A stretch of DNA of 62,712 bases, filler included, from Candidatus Babelota bacterium (GCA_017999075.1; 14 parts of 14 records of this genome joined end to end with filler, not necessarily neighbours in it); one strand, 5' to 3'; positions 32,622-42,910 are shown, counted from the whole stretch's first letter. Notes: generated by a model from the sequence alone, not told the origin. Translations and numbers: made by a program.

Positions 32622-33338
32622 ATGACTAACGAAGAAACAAAACAGGTTTTTACATTATCTATAACTTCTGTAGCTCCTCAGTTGAAAGGATTAGTCTCTG
32701 ACAGCATCAGTAAAACTTCAGCAGAATTTGCCAATGTAGGATTACTTCTTGATTTTATAAATAAAAATGCTTTATGTAAATGCACTGCTGAAAAATCTTA
32801 TAAGAAATTCATGAAAAAAAATGAAAATCAAGAAGAAATTTCTGTTCCAAGAGAAGCGGAAAATTTAACCTGCGTTTGTTGTGAAAGCGAAGACTCTGAT
32901 ATGGAAGATGTTTCGCCATCTGAAGAAATTGACAAAGAATCGGATACTAAACTTGAAAAAAAGAAAAAAATAGATATGCCCAAACGCGAGAAAATAAAAG
33001 AAGAATTGAAAAAAATTTCTAATTTTACTGATGAAGAAATGTCTATAATGGGATGGTCATCTCTTTATAAAGCGTATAGTTTAATTGCAAGATATGGACA
33101 AACAGGAGTCGAAGAAGAATTTAGAAAACTTCAATGGTTTGGAAAAGAAATGAAACAAATTGAAAAAAACCGCAAACGAGAAGAAAAAAAGAATAAAGGC
33201 AAAGATAAAGCTGGCAAAAGCAGTTCTAAAGAAGATAAAAAAAATAAAAAAGAAAAAGTGCGGGAAGAACGTAAATCAAAAAAAGAACAAAAAAAATTGG
33301 AAAAAGAAAAAAAACGTGCGGAAAAACGAAAAAAATAA
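32622..33338 (+). CDS. Hypothetical protein with Cys motifs, an acidic patch and a Lys/Glu-rich tail
   Basis: 238-aa ORF with an AGGA RBS-like motif; CKC and CVCC motifs. Confidence 0.7.
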   Translation: MTNEETKQVFTLSITSVAPQLKGLVSDSISKTSAEFANVGLLLDFINKNALCKCTAEKSYKKFMKKNENQEEISVPREAENLTCVCCESEDSDMEDVSPSEEIDKESDTKLEKKKKIDMPKREKIKEELKKISNFTDEEMSIMGWSSLYKAYSLIARYGQTGVEEEFRKLQWFGKEMKQIEKNRKREEKKNKGKDKAGKSSSKEDKKNKKEKVREERKSKKEQKKLEKEKKRAEKRKK

Positions 33339-33371
33339 ACGCATAAATTTATTATAAATATTTTATAAAAT

Positions 33372-33445
33372 GGCGCATTGGTCTAGGGGTTCAGGACGCC
33401 GCCCTCTCACGGCGGAAATCACGGGTTCAAATCCCGTATGCGCTA
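33372..33445 (+). tRNA. tRNA-Glu(CTC), CCA not encoded
   Basis: GGCGCAT/ATGCGCT acceptor stem, anticodon arm CCGCC-CTCTCAC-GGCGG, T-arm ACGGG-TTCAAAT-CCCGT. Confidence 0.95.
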
Positions 33446-33516
33446 TTTTAATTAAAAAAATGTTTGAAGATGTATTATAATATAATTATGTTATAAAATT
33501 ATTTCAGACATTTTAT

Positions 33517-33622
33517 GGAACTGTTTCCAAAATATATATATTTTTTTTTACAAAATTAACTTATTGTTTATCAATATATAATTTTGTAAAAAATGGCAGG
33601 ACTGCCATTTTGGAAATATTCC
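33517..33622. mobile_element. Putative MITE-like palindromic element (~106 bp)
   Basis: Imperfect terminal inverted repeats GGAACTGTTTCCAAAAT / ATTTTGGAAATATTCC, internal IR TTTTTTACAAAATTA / TAATTTTGTAAAAAA, and a second partial copy at 13762-13834. Confidence 0.55.
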
Positions 33623-33657
33623 CTTTATATATTTTTTGATTAAAAGGATTGGCTTTA

Positions 33658-35692
33658 ATGAGTGCTGAAAATATTAAAGATTCAATAAGCAAGGCTAAAA
33701 ACATTGTTTTTTACGGAACTTCTGCATTAATTTTGTTGACAATACTAATATTCGGATTTGTTTACGGAATAGTTACAGAATTGAAAAACGGTATGCCTGA
33801 TTTAGAACAGCTTGACAGATCTTCAAAAAATTATACTGAACGTTATGTATTGCCTTCAAGAGTTTATGATGTGAATAATGAAGTAATAGCAGAATTCTGG
33901 GAAGAAAAAAGAATTCTTATTACTATGGATGATATCAGCGACACTCTTGTAAAAGCTTTTTTGGCGATAGAAGACAGGGATTTTTATAAACATCATGGTT
34001 TAAATTTTAAACGGATTGTTAAAGCAATATTTACTAACGTATTAAAAAGTGAACGCGCGCAGGGAGCAAGCACTATAACCCAACAACTTGCCAGATCATT
34101 GTTTTTTACAAGAAAAAAAATAATGATGAGAAAAGTGGCTGAAATGCTGCTTGCAATAGAAATCGAACGCAGATTTACGAAATCTGAAATACTTGAAGGA
34201 TATTTTAATAAAATATTTTTAGGAAGCGGGGCATATGGAGTTGAAGCTGCTGCTCGAGCATATTTTGGAAAACATTCAAATCAATTATCTTTAGGCGAAT
34301 GCGCTATGCTCGCAGCTTTACCTAAAGCTCCTTCATCATATTCTCCTTTAAAAAATCCTGATAAAGCAAAAAAACGTCAGGAACTTGTTTTAGCATCTAT
34401 GGTTGAGGCTGGATTTATAACAGAAGAACAGAAACAGAAATCAATGATAGAATTTTGGTCTAAATTCAGAGCAACTGATCATTCTCAAATTAATTTACAG
34501 TTTAGAAGTAAATTTAAAGTTGCCGCTCATTTCGGAGAATATATTTATAAATTATTAATTAAAGATGTTAATTTAACTCGTCAGCAGGTTTATCAGGGAG
34601 GTTATCAGATATATACGACATTAAATGTCAGTTATCAGAAAGCCGCTGAAAAAGTGTTATCAGCTAAGATAAATGAATATAGGAAAAATTTAAAAAAACC
34701 AAGAAATACGCCTTCCGAATTTAAAAATGAAATTGTTCAGGGAGCTTTATTGACGATAGATCCGAAGACTGGGGATATTCTTGCGATGTGCGGCGGTTCA
34801 GAATGGACGCTTGACAATCAAGTCAACCGAGTTACTATGACTCCTGGACGTCAGCCTGGATCATCTTTTAAACCTTTTATTTATGCTGCAGCAATAAATG
34901 CAAAAAAAATTACAGCTTCTACAGTGCTTGTTGACGAACCTGTAACTTTTCATAGAAAAGGAATGCAGCCATGGTCTCCGCAAAATTATGAAGACGAACA
35001 TCTTGGAGAAATTACGATTCATATGGCTCTTGTAAAATCTTTGAATGTTATAGCTGCTAAGATAATGGATTTAGTCGGACCTGGAGAAGTTGTGAATTTT
35101 GTTCGAAGATTTGGAATTGAAGCTCCGTTAAAACCGTATCTGGCATTAGCTTTGGGCGGTCAGGAAATACCTATGATTGAACTGGTAAATGCATACGGTG
35201 CATTTTCTAATGCAGGATTGTTTTACAAACATAGAGCAATAAAATATGTTAAAGACAGAAATGATCAAATAATATATGAAAAATCAAGCAGTATACCGTT
35301 TCAGGCTATGCCGCCTGAAGTTGCGTATATAATGTCAAATATAATGGCGGATGTTACAAGACCAGGAGGAACTGCTACAGTAATCGGAGAAGTTATGCCG
35401 GAACGCAGAGTCGCAGGGAAAACAGGTACAACTAATGATTATAAAGATGCTTGGTTTATTGGACACGTTCCCGGGTATGTAACAGGAGTATGGGTGGGTT
35501 ATGACAGAGGAAGCATACCGTTAGGTACCCATCAGACAGGAGGAAGATTGTCTGCATCAATATGGGCTGAATATATGAAAATAATACTTGAAGGTAAACC
35601 TATAGAATGGTACACAGATGTTCCAAGTAACGTTATTTTCGTTAATGTTTGCAGAGAATCAGGTAAACTTTCCAATGAAGCTTGCCCCATAG
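33658..35692 (+). CDS. Class A penicillin-binding protein (PBP1A family), 3' truncated
   Basis: TM anchor; transglycosylase motifs EDRDF..H.G and GASTITQQL; transpeptidase motifs SSFK, SLN, KTGT. Confidence 0.94.
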
Positions 35693-35792
35693 NNNNNNNN
35701 NNNNNNNNNNNNNNNNNNNNNNNNNNNNNNNNNNNNTTAATTAATTAANNNNNNNNNNNNNNNNNNNNNNNNNNNNNNNNNNNNNNNNNNNN
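35693..35792. other. Artificial contig linker
   Basis: N44-TTAATTAATTAA-N44. Confidence 0.98.
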
Positions 35793-35912
35793 TAATCGAA
35801 TTATCTTTTTTAAACGGTTCTTCAAAATTAAAAAATTACAATGTTAAATCGCTAATAAAATATTAATTTTTTTTTGGAATATATTTTTAATTTTTATTAT
35901 AAAGCATATACA

Positions 35913-36689
35913 ATGACTAAATTTTTAATTAGAGTAATTATAATTTTATTGTTATTTTTACAAATTAGTATAAACAATATCTTGGCAGAAAGTTTTTGGA
36001 AAAAATTTTTTTCAAAAGACTCGCCTGAAACTTCAAATAAAATTGTCGAATCAAATGACAATATTTTACCAAATACTGCAAACCCTATTGATGAGATAAA
36101 TACTGATTTTTCTATATTTCAAAATTACAATAATTTAAAATTCAATATTGTATCTGAACCGGTTTATTATTTTATTCATAGACCTAAAGCAGATATTGAA
36201 ATTATTTCAAATATTGACAGTAAAAATCTTTTTCATAAAATTGTAACTGGATATACAAAAATCAAAGAACGAGAAATTAAACTTTATGAATTTGAAATAT
36301 TTAACAATAACATAATCTCTGTTAATATATTCAACAATTCAAAAAAAATCAAAAAAACTATTAAATGGTCTTCAGATGGGAAAAGGATGCTTGAAGAAAA
36401 TTATAAAAACAATGAATCCCACGGCCCCAGAATTGAATGGTATGAAAATGGACAAAAAAAATCTGAAGAAAATTTTACCAATGGAAACCGCAATGGTCCA
36501 TCAGTTTATTGGCATTACAACAGCAAAATAAGCTGTGAAGAAAATTATTCAAACGGTTTTTTGCACGGAAAAAAGATTAAATGGCATATTAACGGAAATC
36601 CTAAAAGCGAAGAAGATTATATAAACGGCAAAAAAATAGGAAAAGGAAATTTTTGGGATATCAACGGGACTCCAGTCCCATTGAACTAA
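35913..36689 (+). CDS. Exported protein with MORN2/YwqK-type repeats
   Basis: Signal peptide; tandem 24-aa repeats such as W-x-x-NG-x-K-x-x-EE-N-(Y/F)-x-NG. Confidence 0.8.
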   Translation: MTKFLIRVIIILLLFLQISINNILAESFWKKFFSKDSPETSNKIVESNDNILPNTANPIDEINTDFSIFQNYNNLKFNIVSEPVYYFIHRPKADIEIISNIDSKNLFHKIVTGYTKIKEREIKLYEFEIFNNNIISVNIFNNSKKIKKTIKWSSDGKRMLEENYKNNESHGPRIEWYENGQKKSEENFTNGNRNGPSVYWHYNSKISCEENYSNGFLHGKKIKWHINGNPKSEEDYINGKKIGKGNFWDINGTPVPLN

Positions 36690-36753
36690 TTAAATATTAT
36701 TACTTTTTCTAATATTTAATTTCGGGATAAATTACAAACACGAAATTATAACC

Positions 36754-36810
36754 TCATAATAAAACAGTATTAAACAATAATAAATGAAGTTTAATACGGT
36801 TTTATTATGA
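36754..36810. terminator. Long hairpin between convergent genes (bidirectional terminator candidate)
   Basis: 22-bp inverted repeat with one mismatch: TCATAATAAAACAGTATTAAAC / GTTTAATACGGTTTTATTATGA. Confidence 0.65.
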
Positions 36811-36861
36811 AATACATAATTTCAAATATACTTCAGAATTAAAAAATTCCAGTTTTGTATT

Positions 36862-37509
36862 TTATTTGGTATGATGTTTAGAAGGTTTAATCACAAGATA
36901 ACTATTTTTTCTGCCAGGAACAGCTCCTCTAATTAACATTAAATTTTTTTCTACCTGTATATCTACAATTTCAAGATTAACAGAAGTAACCTTTTCTGTT
37001 CCCATTCTTCCTGGCATTCTTAATCCTTTAAAAACTCTACTCGGATCAGAATGTTGACCGACTGAACCGCCATGTCTAAAAAATTCATGAGTTCCATGGC
37101 TTCCTTTTCCTCCACCCATATTATGGCGTTTCATAACTCCGGCAAATCCTTTTCCTTTACTTATTCCAAGCACATCTACAAATTCGCCTTTTTTAAATAT
37201 ATCAATGCTCACAGGTTTTCCTATTTCATATTTTTCAACTTGTTCGTCATTATCAAGACGCATTTCTCTAACAAAATTCAACGGTTTTGAACCTGCTTTT
37301 TCAAAATGTTTCAACATTGGTTTCCCAACGTTTTTCGGTTTTTTTTCATCAAATCCAAGCTGAACTGCAGAATACTTATCAGAAGCTGACTTTTTTTTCT
37401 GAAGAACAGTACAAGGACCGGCTTCCACAACAGTTACAGGAACTGCTGAACCATCATCCTGAAATATTTGGGTCATTCCTATTTTTTTCCCTAAAATACA
37501 TACGCTCAT
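36862..37509 (-). CDS. rplC: 50S ribosomal protein L3
   Basis: ILGKKIGMTQIF, PVTVV, YSAVQLGF, SKGKGFAGVMKRH, RMPGRMG, GAVPG. Confidence 0.97.
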   Translation of the reverse strand: MSVCILGKKIGMTQIFQDDGSAVPVTVVEAGPCTVLQKKKSASDKYSAVQLGFDEKKPKNVGKPMLKHFEKAGSKPLNFVREMRLDNDEQVEKYEIGKPVSIDIFKKGEFVDVLGISKGKGFAGVMKRHNMGGGKGSHGTHEFFRHGGSVGQHSDPSRVFKGLRMPGRMGTEKVTSVNLEIVDIQVEKNLMLIRGAVPGRKNSYLVIKPSKHHTK

Positions 37510-37619
37510 TTCAAATCACACCTTTTCTCTCAAATTTATCAAAATAAAAAAATAATAATATATAACTATTCTAAAAAGTCAAATATTATTTTATTGTTTT
37601 TATAATATTGTTTTATTTA

Positions 37620-38792
37620 TTATTTTATATTGATATCATTTAACAAATTATCATCATCGACATTTTCAAACAATTTTTCATTTTCTATATTTTTCAAATC
37701 ATTTAATTCATTTTCTATAATTTTATCAATATCCTCTTTTTTTTCTGAAATCATTTTTATATCAACATCAGATTCTATATTTTTCATATCAATTGATTCG
37801 ATTTCTTTTTCAAGTTCTTCAAGTTCAGCATTAAAATCATTACTGTTTTCTATCATTTCATTATTTTTAACAACCGAAACATTTTCCTTATCTTTACTAC
37901 TGCCTATCATATTATTCAAATCAGTTAACGAATCTCCGCTTATATCAACTCCATCAATAACATTATTATCTTTTACCGAATCTTTATTTTCATAAATCTC
38001 ATTTTTATTTAAATTTTCCAAATCATCGTGCATAAAAAATTTTTTTTCAATTTCTATTCCAATCTTATCAACTTCAGACAATATAGATTCAATTTTATCA
38101 TTTTCTTTGATATCGCTGTTTCTTTCAATTTCTTCAATTTCTTTTTCATTCAAATCATTATCAAACAATTCTTCAACATTTATAATTTTCCCAAGACCTG
38201 CATTAGATGTATCTTTTTTCAAATTATTTAATTCAATATATGCATTCTCAAATTGTTCGTTGATTTTTTCAGCATTTTCCTCAATGCTAGTTATATTTTC
38301 AGTCAGTTCAACTTTTACTTCTTTCAAAACATTTTCAGCTTCTTCAATAGCATTTTCTTCAAGTCTGCGTATTGCTCTATCAACATCTTCTTCTTCAGAA
38401 TATTTTTGTTCATCAACTTCATTTTTCCTATAATCTCCGCAAACATTTTTGTTTCCGTTAATATCATAAACTATTTTTTCATATACTTCCTTAATTTTTA
38501 AATTTTTATTTAAAGCATCAAGCAATCCTGTTAGCTCGCATATGATTTCACGTTGTTTAACAAGTTCTTCAGTTGATTTCTTTGTTTGCCTGAGTTTTTC
38601 AATTTTTTCATTTAAAAAATCAATTTTACCTTCAAGCTGTTCAATTAGTATTTTTTGAAGTTCTACAATTTTTTCGGCATTATCTTTAACAAGAACATCT
38701 GCATTTTCAAATTCTTCAAGTTCAGTTTCAAGACATAATACACGATTTTTTAAATCTTCAATTTTTTTTAAATTTTTGGAGATTTTACACAT
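37620..38792 (-). CDS. Highly acidic coiled-coil hypothetical protein
   Basis: 390-aa open frame rich in E/D/N/K with an N-terminal heptad pattern. Start uncertain. Confidence 0.65.
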   Translation of the reverse strand: MCKISKNLKKIEDLKNRVLCLETELEEFENADVLVKDNAEKIVELQKILIEQLEGKIDFLNEKIEKLRQTKKSTEELVKQREIICELTGLLDALNKNLKIKEVYEKIVYDINGNKNVCGDYRKNEVDEQKYSEEEDVDRAIRRLEENAIEEAENVLKEVKVELTENITSIEENAEKINEQFENAYIELNNLKKDTSNAGLGKIINVEELFDNDLNEKEIEEIERNSDIKENDKIESILSEVDKIGIEIEKKFFMHDDLENLNKNEIYENKDSVKDNNVIDGVDISGDSLTDLNNMIGSSKDKENVSVVKNNEMIENSNDFNAELEELEKEIESIDMKNIESDVDIKMISEKKEDIDKIIENELNDLKNIENEKLFENVDDDNLLNDINIK

Positions 38793-38822
38793 TTTTTATT
38801 CTCGTATCATAAAAAAAATATT

Positions 38823-39017
38823 CTATGAGACAACTTTTTCAATTTTATTAGATTTAATGCATCTTGTACAAGCTCTGACATATTTAGTGGTACCATCAAT
38901 TTTAGCTTTAATATTTTGTAAATTAGGTTTCCACACTCTTTTTGTTTTATTGTGAGCATGACTCACAATATTTCCTTTGCTAACAGTTTTTCCACAAATT
39001 TCACATTTAATAGCCAT
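38823..39017 (-). CDS. rpmB: 50S ribosomal protein L28 (zinc-binding form)
   Basis: MAIKCEICGK...VSHAHNKTKRVWKPNLQ...CTRCIKS; AGGTG RBS. Confidence 0.96.
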   Translation of the reverse strand: MAIKCEICGKTVSKGNIVSHAHNKTKRVWKPNLQNIKAKIDGTTKYVRACTRCIKSNKIEKVVS

Positions 39018-39242
39018 AATACAATCACCTACAATATAATATATAAAACACAAATTTATTAATATTATATTCTTATTTTAAAAAAAAACAATATTTTTAT
39101 TTAATAAAATATTTAAATACAAAATCGAAGAGTCAAATAAAAACCAAATAAAAACAATGATTCAGTAAAGAATAAGCTGGCCGTAAAAATGGTAAACAGA
39201 AAAATAAATGAAAAAAAATAAAAAAACAGGAATTTTATCAAA

Positions 39243-39342
39243 NNNNNNNNNNNNNNNNNNNNNNNNNNNNNNNNNNNNNNNNNNNNTTAATTAATTAANN
39301 NNNNNNNNNNNNNNNNNNNNNNNNNNNNNNNNNNNNNNNNNN
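39243..39342. other. Artificial contig linker
   Basis: N44-TTAATTAATTAA-N44. Confidence 0.98.
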
Positions 39343-40046
39343 ATAAGATTCTTTCAAAAGCTATTGAAAAACAATTAATTATAGAACAGGATAAACTTGA
39401 TGATAGTGAAATTTATAATTTTATTTTTGCACCTGGATTTTCTACTGCCGATGCTGTAACTGAAATTTCCGGTCGGGGTGTCGGGATGGATGTAGTAAAA
39501 AAAACAATTGATAAATTAGGTGGAAAAATTGATATTGAAACAGAAATTGATAAATTTACTAAAATTACAATAACACTGCCTGTTTCAACTTCGATAATTG
39601 ACGGACTTATAGTAAAAAAAAATAATTCCAAATATATTTTTCCTGTATTAAAAATCAAACAGACTATTGATGCTAATAGTATTGATATTAAATCTACATA
39701 TGATACCAATAATAAATTTATAATATTTTATAATAAAACCATTCCTTTGATTAGTTTGAATTATATATATGAGAAGCCAAGAGTGCGAGGAGCGAAGTAC
39801 GAAGATAGTGATAATGTAATAATTATAATTGAATTTGAAAATAAATATTTTGGTATAATGGTTGATGAAATAATATGTAAACAAAAAGTTGTAACTAAAA
39901 ATTTTGGTGGACGTTTTAAAAATATTCCAGGACTAAAAGGCGGTGCTATACTTGGAGATGGTTCTGTCGGAATGATAATTGAGCCTGGAGAAATAGTTAG
40001 AGAACTGAAAAAAAATTCTGAATACATACTTTTTAAAAGGTGGTGA
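39343..40046 (+). CDS. cheA: Chemotaxis histidine kinase CheA, C-terminal part
   Basis: IFAPGFSTADAVTEISGRGVGMDVVK followed by a CheW-like P5 domain (GAILGDG). Confidence 0.93.
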
Positions 40047-40050
40047 TTTT

Positions 40051-40530
40051 ATGCAGAGTAAAGAGACTTTATTTACTAAATCAGGAGGTAAATTATTAAC
40101 TTTTTTTTTAGATAACCGTGAATACGGTATTCAGATTCTTGAAGCTCGAGAGGTAGTGGGAATGCAGAATATTGATCCTGTTCCTCGCACGCCTGAATTT
40201 ATGAAAGGTGTTATTAATTTACGGGGTAAAATTGTTCCGGTTATTGATTTGCGCTTAAAATTCAGTATGCAGAAAAGGAAGTATGATAAAGACAACTGTA
40301 TTATAGTAGTTGATTTGAACGGAATTCTCACTGGAGTTATTGTTGATCAGCTTGCTGGAGTTATCACAATTGATAAAGAATATTATGAAGCTGCTCCTAA
40401 ACTTGGAAATAATATCAGCGCAGAATTTGTATCAGGAATGGTTAAACTTGATGAACGTGTTATTATTGTTCTTGAAATTGAAAAAGTTCTAGATAATGAT
40501 GAAATTGAATTCCTTAAAAAGGCGACATAA
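40051..40530 (+). CDS. cheW: Chemotaxis coupling protein CheW
   Basis: LTFFL..EYGI, VPRTPEFMKGVINLRGKIVPVIDLR, GVIVD. Confidence 0.95.
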   Translation: MQSKETLFTKSGGKLLTFFLDNREYGIQILEAREVVGMQNIDPVPRTPEFMKGVINLRGKIVPVIDLRLKFSMQKRKYDKDNCIIVVDLNGILTGVIVDQLAGVITIDKEYYEAAPKLGNNISAEFVSGMVKLDERVIIVLEIEKVLDNDEIEFLKKAT

Positions 40531-40724
40531 ATGAGTGCGAGGTAATAGGAAGAATATAAGGCATAGATGTAAATAAACAAAAAAGTCCAGATAGACACAA
40601 ATAGACAGAATAAAGCTCAGAACGGCAAAGAAGAATTTTAAATTTTTAAAAGATTTAAATTTTGCCGCATCAATTTTGAAGTTTTAATTCAAAATTTTTA
40701 ATTTTTTAAAGGAGTATGTTTGTT

Positions 40725-42506
40725 ATGAAATTAAAATTATCTACTAAACTTATCAGCGGTTTTGTTACAGTCGCGTTTATTACAGTTATTGTTGGATTTA
40801 TAGGATGGTATTATACAAACAAGGTTGCTGCCACAGGAAATATTATTTATGTCAATATGCTTGTTCCGATTAATGAAATGGCTGATATTGGCGTGGCTTT
40901 TAACAGGGTTCGTGTGAATGTTCGTGATATGATAAGGCATAATGATTTTAATAAAATAGATGAAAATGCAAAAAAAATTGATGAATTGACGGAAGATATT
41001 AATAAAAATGCCGATAATTTTGAAAAAAAAATTGTGTCAACTGAGATGAAAAACATGTTTGCTTATTTTAAAGAAACTCGTGTTGCTTTTCGTAAAGATT
41101 TAGACAAACTTATTGAATTAGCAAAAGCAAATAAAGATGAAGAAGCATATGAATTATTAGATGGAGCCGCTTTTAAAACAGCAGTGGCAGAAAATGACGC
41201 TATTGAAAAAATAACTAATGCTAAGGTTGATGATGCTCATAAATTTTCTGACAATTCCAATAAAGACGCTAATTTTGCAGGTATTTTTGTTACAGTAGCA
41301 GTTATTATAGGATTTATAATTGCCCTTGGTTTCGGATTGATATTAAGCCGCAGTATATCAAATGCCTTGTTGCGAATAGTAAATGATTTGACAAGTGGTG
41401 GTAATCAGGTTGCTTCAGCATCAGGACAGATTACATCTGCGAGTATTCAATTATCTGAAGGTGCTCAAGAACAAGCAGCATCAATTGAAGAAATGTCTGC
41501 GACAATGGAGGAAATGGCATCTCAGGCGCAGACAAACGCAGAATCAAGCAAAGAAGCTTCGGTATCAGTTAAAAAAGTGGCAGACATAGTTCAACAAAAC
41601 GCAGATAACGCAAAAAATGCTGCTTTGGGAATGTTGGAAGCCCGTAATTTAGTTGAAACAGGAGATGCTGTAATATCAGAAATTGCAAAATCTATGGAAG
41701 AAATAAGACAGGGAAGCGAAAAAATTACTGATATTATTGATTCAATAAATGAAATAGCGCAACAGACAAAAATGCTTGCTGTTAATGCTGCTATTGAAGC
41801 TGCTCGGGCAGGAGAACATGGGCAGGGCTTTGCTGTTGTGGCAGATCAGGTAAGCAAACTTGCGGAAACTTCAAGAACCGCTGCAAAAGAAATCGCTGAT
41901 TTAATCAAAGAAAGTGTTCGCAAAGCAGAATCTGGAAACTCAGTAGCTAAAAAAGGCACTGAGTCTATGAAATCAATATTGAACAGCACAGTAAAAACAT
42001 CTGATATAATTGCTGAGATAAATTCAAGTTCCAAAGAAGCGGCTCAGTTTGTTATAAGTGTGCGCAATCAGGTTGAAAGTATCACACAGGCATCGCTTGA
42101 ACAGGCAAATGGTATTGAACAATCTACAAAAGCAATAGCGCAAATCGATACAGTAACTCAGCAGAATTCAGCGGCAGCAGAAGAAACATCAGCGGCAGCA
42201 GAAGAATTGAACAGTCAGGCTGAATCCTTAATGGATATTGTAAACCAAATGAATATTCTTGTAACTGGAAAAGAGATAGAATTAGGTGTATTGAATAAAT
42301 CGAAATTTAACCATCCACAAGTTAATAATTCAAGTCAGTATGCAACTAATAGAAAATCCGGTTATTCCGATTTACAAAAAATAGTTTCATTTAAACAAAC
42401 CAGTTCCCCTCATCATAAAAAACAATTGCCGAAGGGAGCATCTGAAGTAAATCCGAAAGAAATTATACCAATGAAAGACGATTTTTCGGAATTTAGAGAA
42501 CCTTAA
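40725..42506 (+). CDS. Methyl-accepting chemotaxis protein with a four-helix-bundle sensor domain
   Basis: Two TM segments flanking a helical periplasmic domain; NAAIEAARAGEHGQGFAVVA hairpin tip; AAGGAG RBS. Confidence 0.95.
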   Translation: MKLKLSTKLISGFVTVAFITVIVGFIGWYYTNKVAATGNIIYVNMLVPINEMADIGVAFNRVRVNVRDMIRHNDFNKIDENAKKIDELTEDINKNADNFEKKIVSTEMKNMFAYFKETRVAFRKDLDKLIELAKANKDEEAYELLDGAAFKTAVAENDAIEKITNAKVDDAHKFSDNSNKDANFAGIFVTVAVIIGFIIALGFGLILSRSISNALLRIVNDLTSGGNQVASASGQITSASIQLSEGAQEQAASIEEMSATMEEMASQAQTNAESSKEASVSVKKVADIVQQNADNAKNAALGMLEARNLVETGDAVISEIAKSMEEIRQGSEKITDIIDSINEIAQQTKMLAVNAAIEAARAGEHGQGFAVVADQVSKLAETSRTAAKEIADLIKESVRKAESGNSVAKKGTESMKSILNSTVKTSDIIAEINSSSKEAAQFVISVRNQVESITQASLEQANGIEQSTKAIAQIDTVTQQNSAAAEETSAAAEELNSQAESLMDIVNQMNILVTGKEIELGVLNKSKFNHPQVNNSSQYATNRKSGYSDLQKIVSFKQTSSPHHKKQLPKGASEVNPKEIIPMKDDFSEFREP

Positions 42507-42530
42507 TTATGTTAAGTGATTTAGCTGAAA

Positions 42531-42565
42531 TGAAAGAAGCTGCAGAAAAATTGTTGCTTCTTTCA
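42531..42565 (+). terminator. Hairpin after the MCP gene
   Basis: TGAAAGAAGC / GCTTCTTTCA inverted repeat about 25 nt after the stop. Confidence 0.55.
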
Positions 42566-42668
42566 AATCAGGCCCTAAAAATAATTTTTTAGAAAATAAA
42601 ATATTATTTAATTTTTGTAAAAATATCTGCTGCAGGCAATTGACAAAAAAAAAACAGATGAAGAGTTG

Positions 42669-42698
42669 TTGACAAACTATCTGTTTTAGGTATATAAT
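42669..42698 (+). promoter_or_regulatory. Sigma70-type promoter for a gene beyond the contig end
   Basis: TTGACA-N18-TATAAT. Confidence 0.5.
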
Positions 42699-42791
42699 CT
42701 TATATTATGTAAAAAAATTTTTTATAAGATTAGTTTTTTATCAATGTTTCAAGCGGTTTCAAAAAATATTCTTACTGTAACATCAAATTTT

Positions 42792-42891
42792 NNNNNNNNN
42801 NNNNNNNNNNNNNNNNNNNNNNNNNNNNNNNNNNNTTAATTAATTAANNNNNNNNNNNNNNNNNNNNNNNNNNNNNNNNNNNNNNNNNNNN
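42792..42891. other. Artificial contig linker
   Basis: N44-TTAATTAATTAA-N44. Confidence 0.98.
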
Positions 42892-42910
42892 TTATTGAAC
42901 TTTGAAATAA

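Noticed and set aside
30671..33445. Integrase next to tRNA-Glu as a genomic island att site
   Set aside because: A contig linker (32141-32240) separates them, so the adjacency is artificial.
33372..33445. tRNA-Glu lacking CCA as a pseudo-tRNA
   Set aside because: The cloverleaf is intact, and CCA is added enzymatically in many bacteria.
35806..35823. IS-end-like GAAGAACCGTTTAAAAA near a contig start
   Set aside because: Too short and too divergent from the MITE-like termini to support.
35913..36689. Toxin-antitoxin module suggested by YwqK-like repeats
   Set aside because: No toxin gene on the contig; MORN2 repeats with a signal peptide are common.
37630..38501. Ser/Phe/Ile-rich plus-strand ORFs, and similar ones opposite other genes
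   Set aside because: Antisense shadows of Glu/Lys/Asn-rich coding strands.
40623..40667. Possible c-di-GMP-I riboswitch (GGCAAA) upstream of the MCP
   Set aside because: It is a single CGGCAAA/TTTGCCG stem-loop; the GNRA tetraloop, receptor and second stem are not visible.
42687..42715. dif-like site ATAA-TCTTATA-TTATGTAAA
   Set aside because: The spacer is 7 nt, not 6, the left arm is poor, and it overlaps a -10 box in AT-rich DNA.
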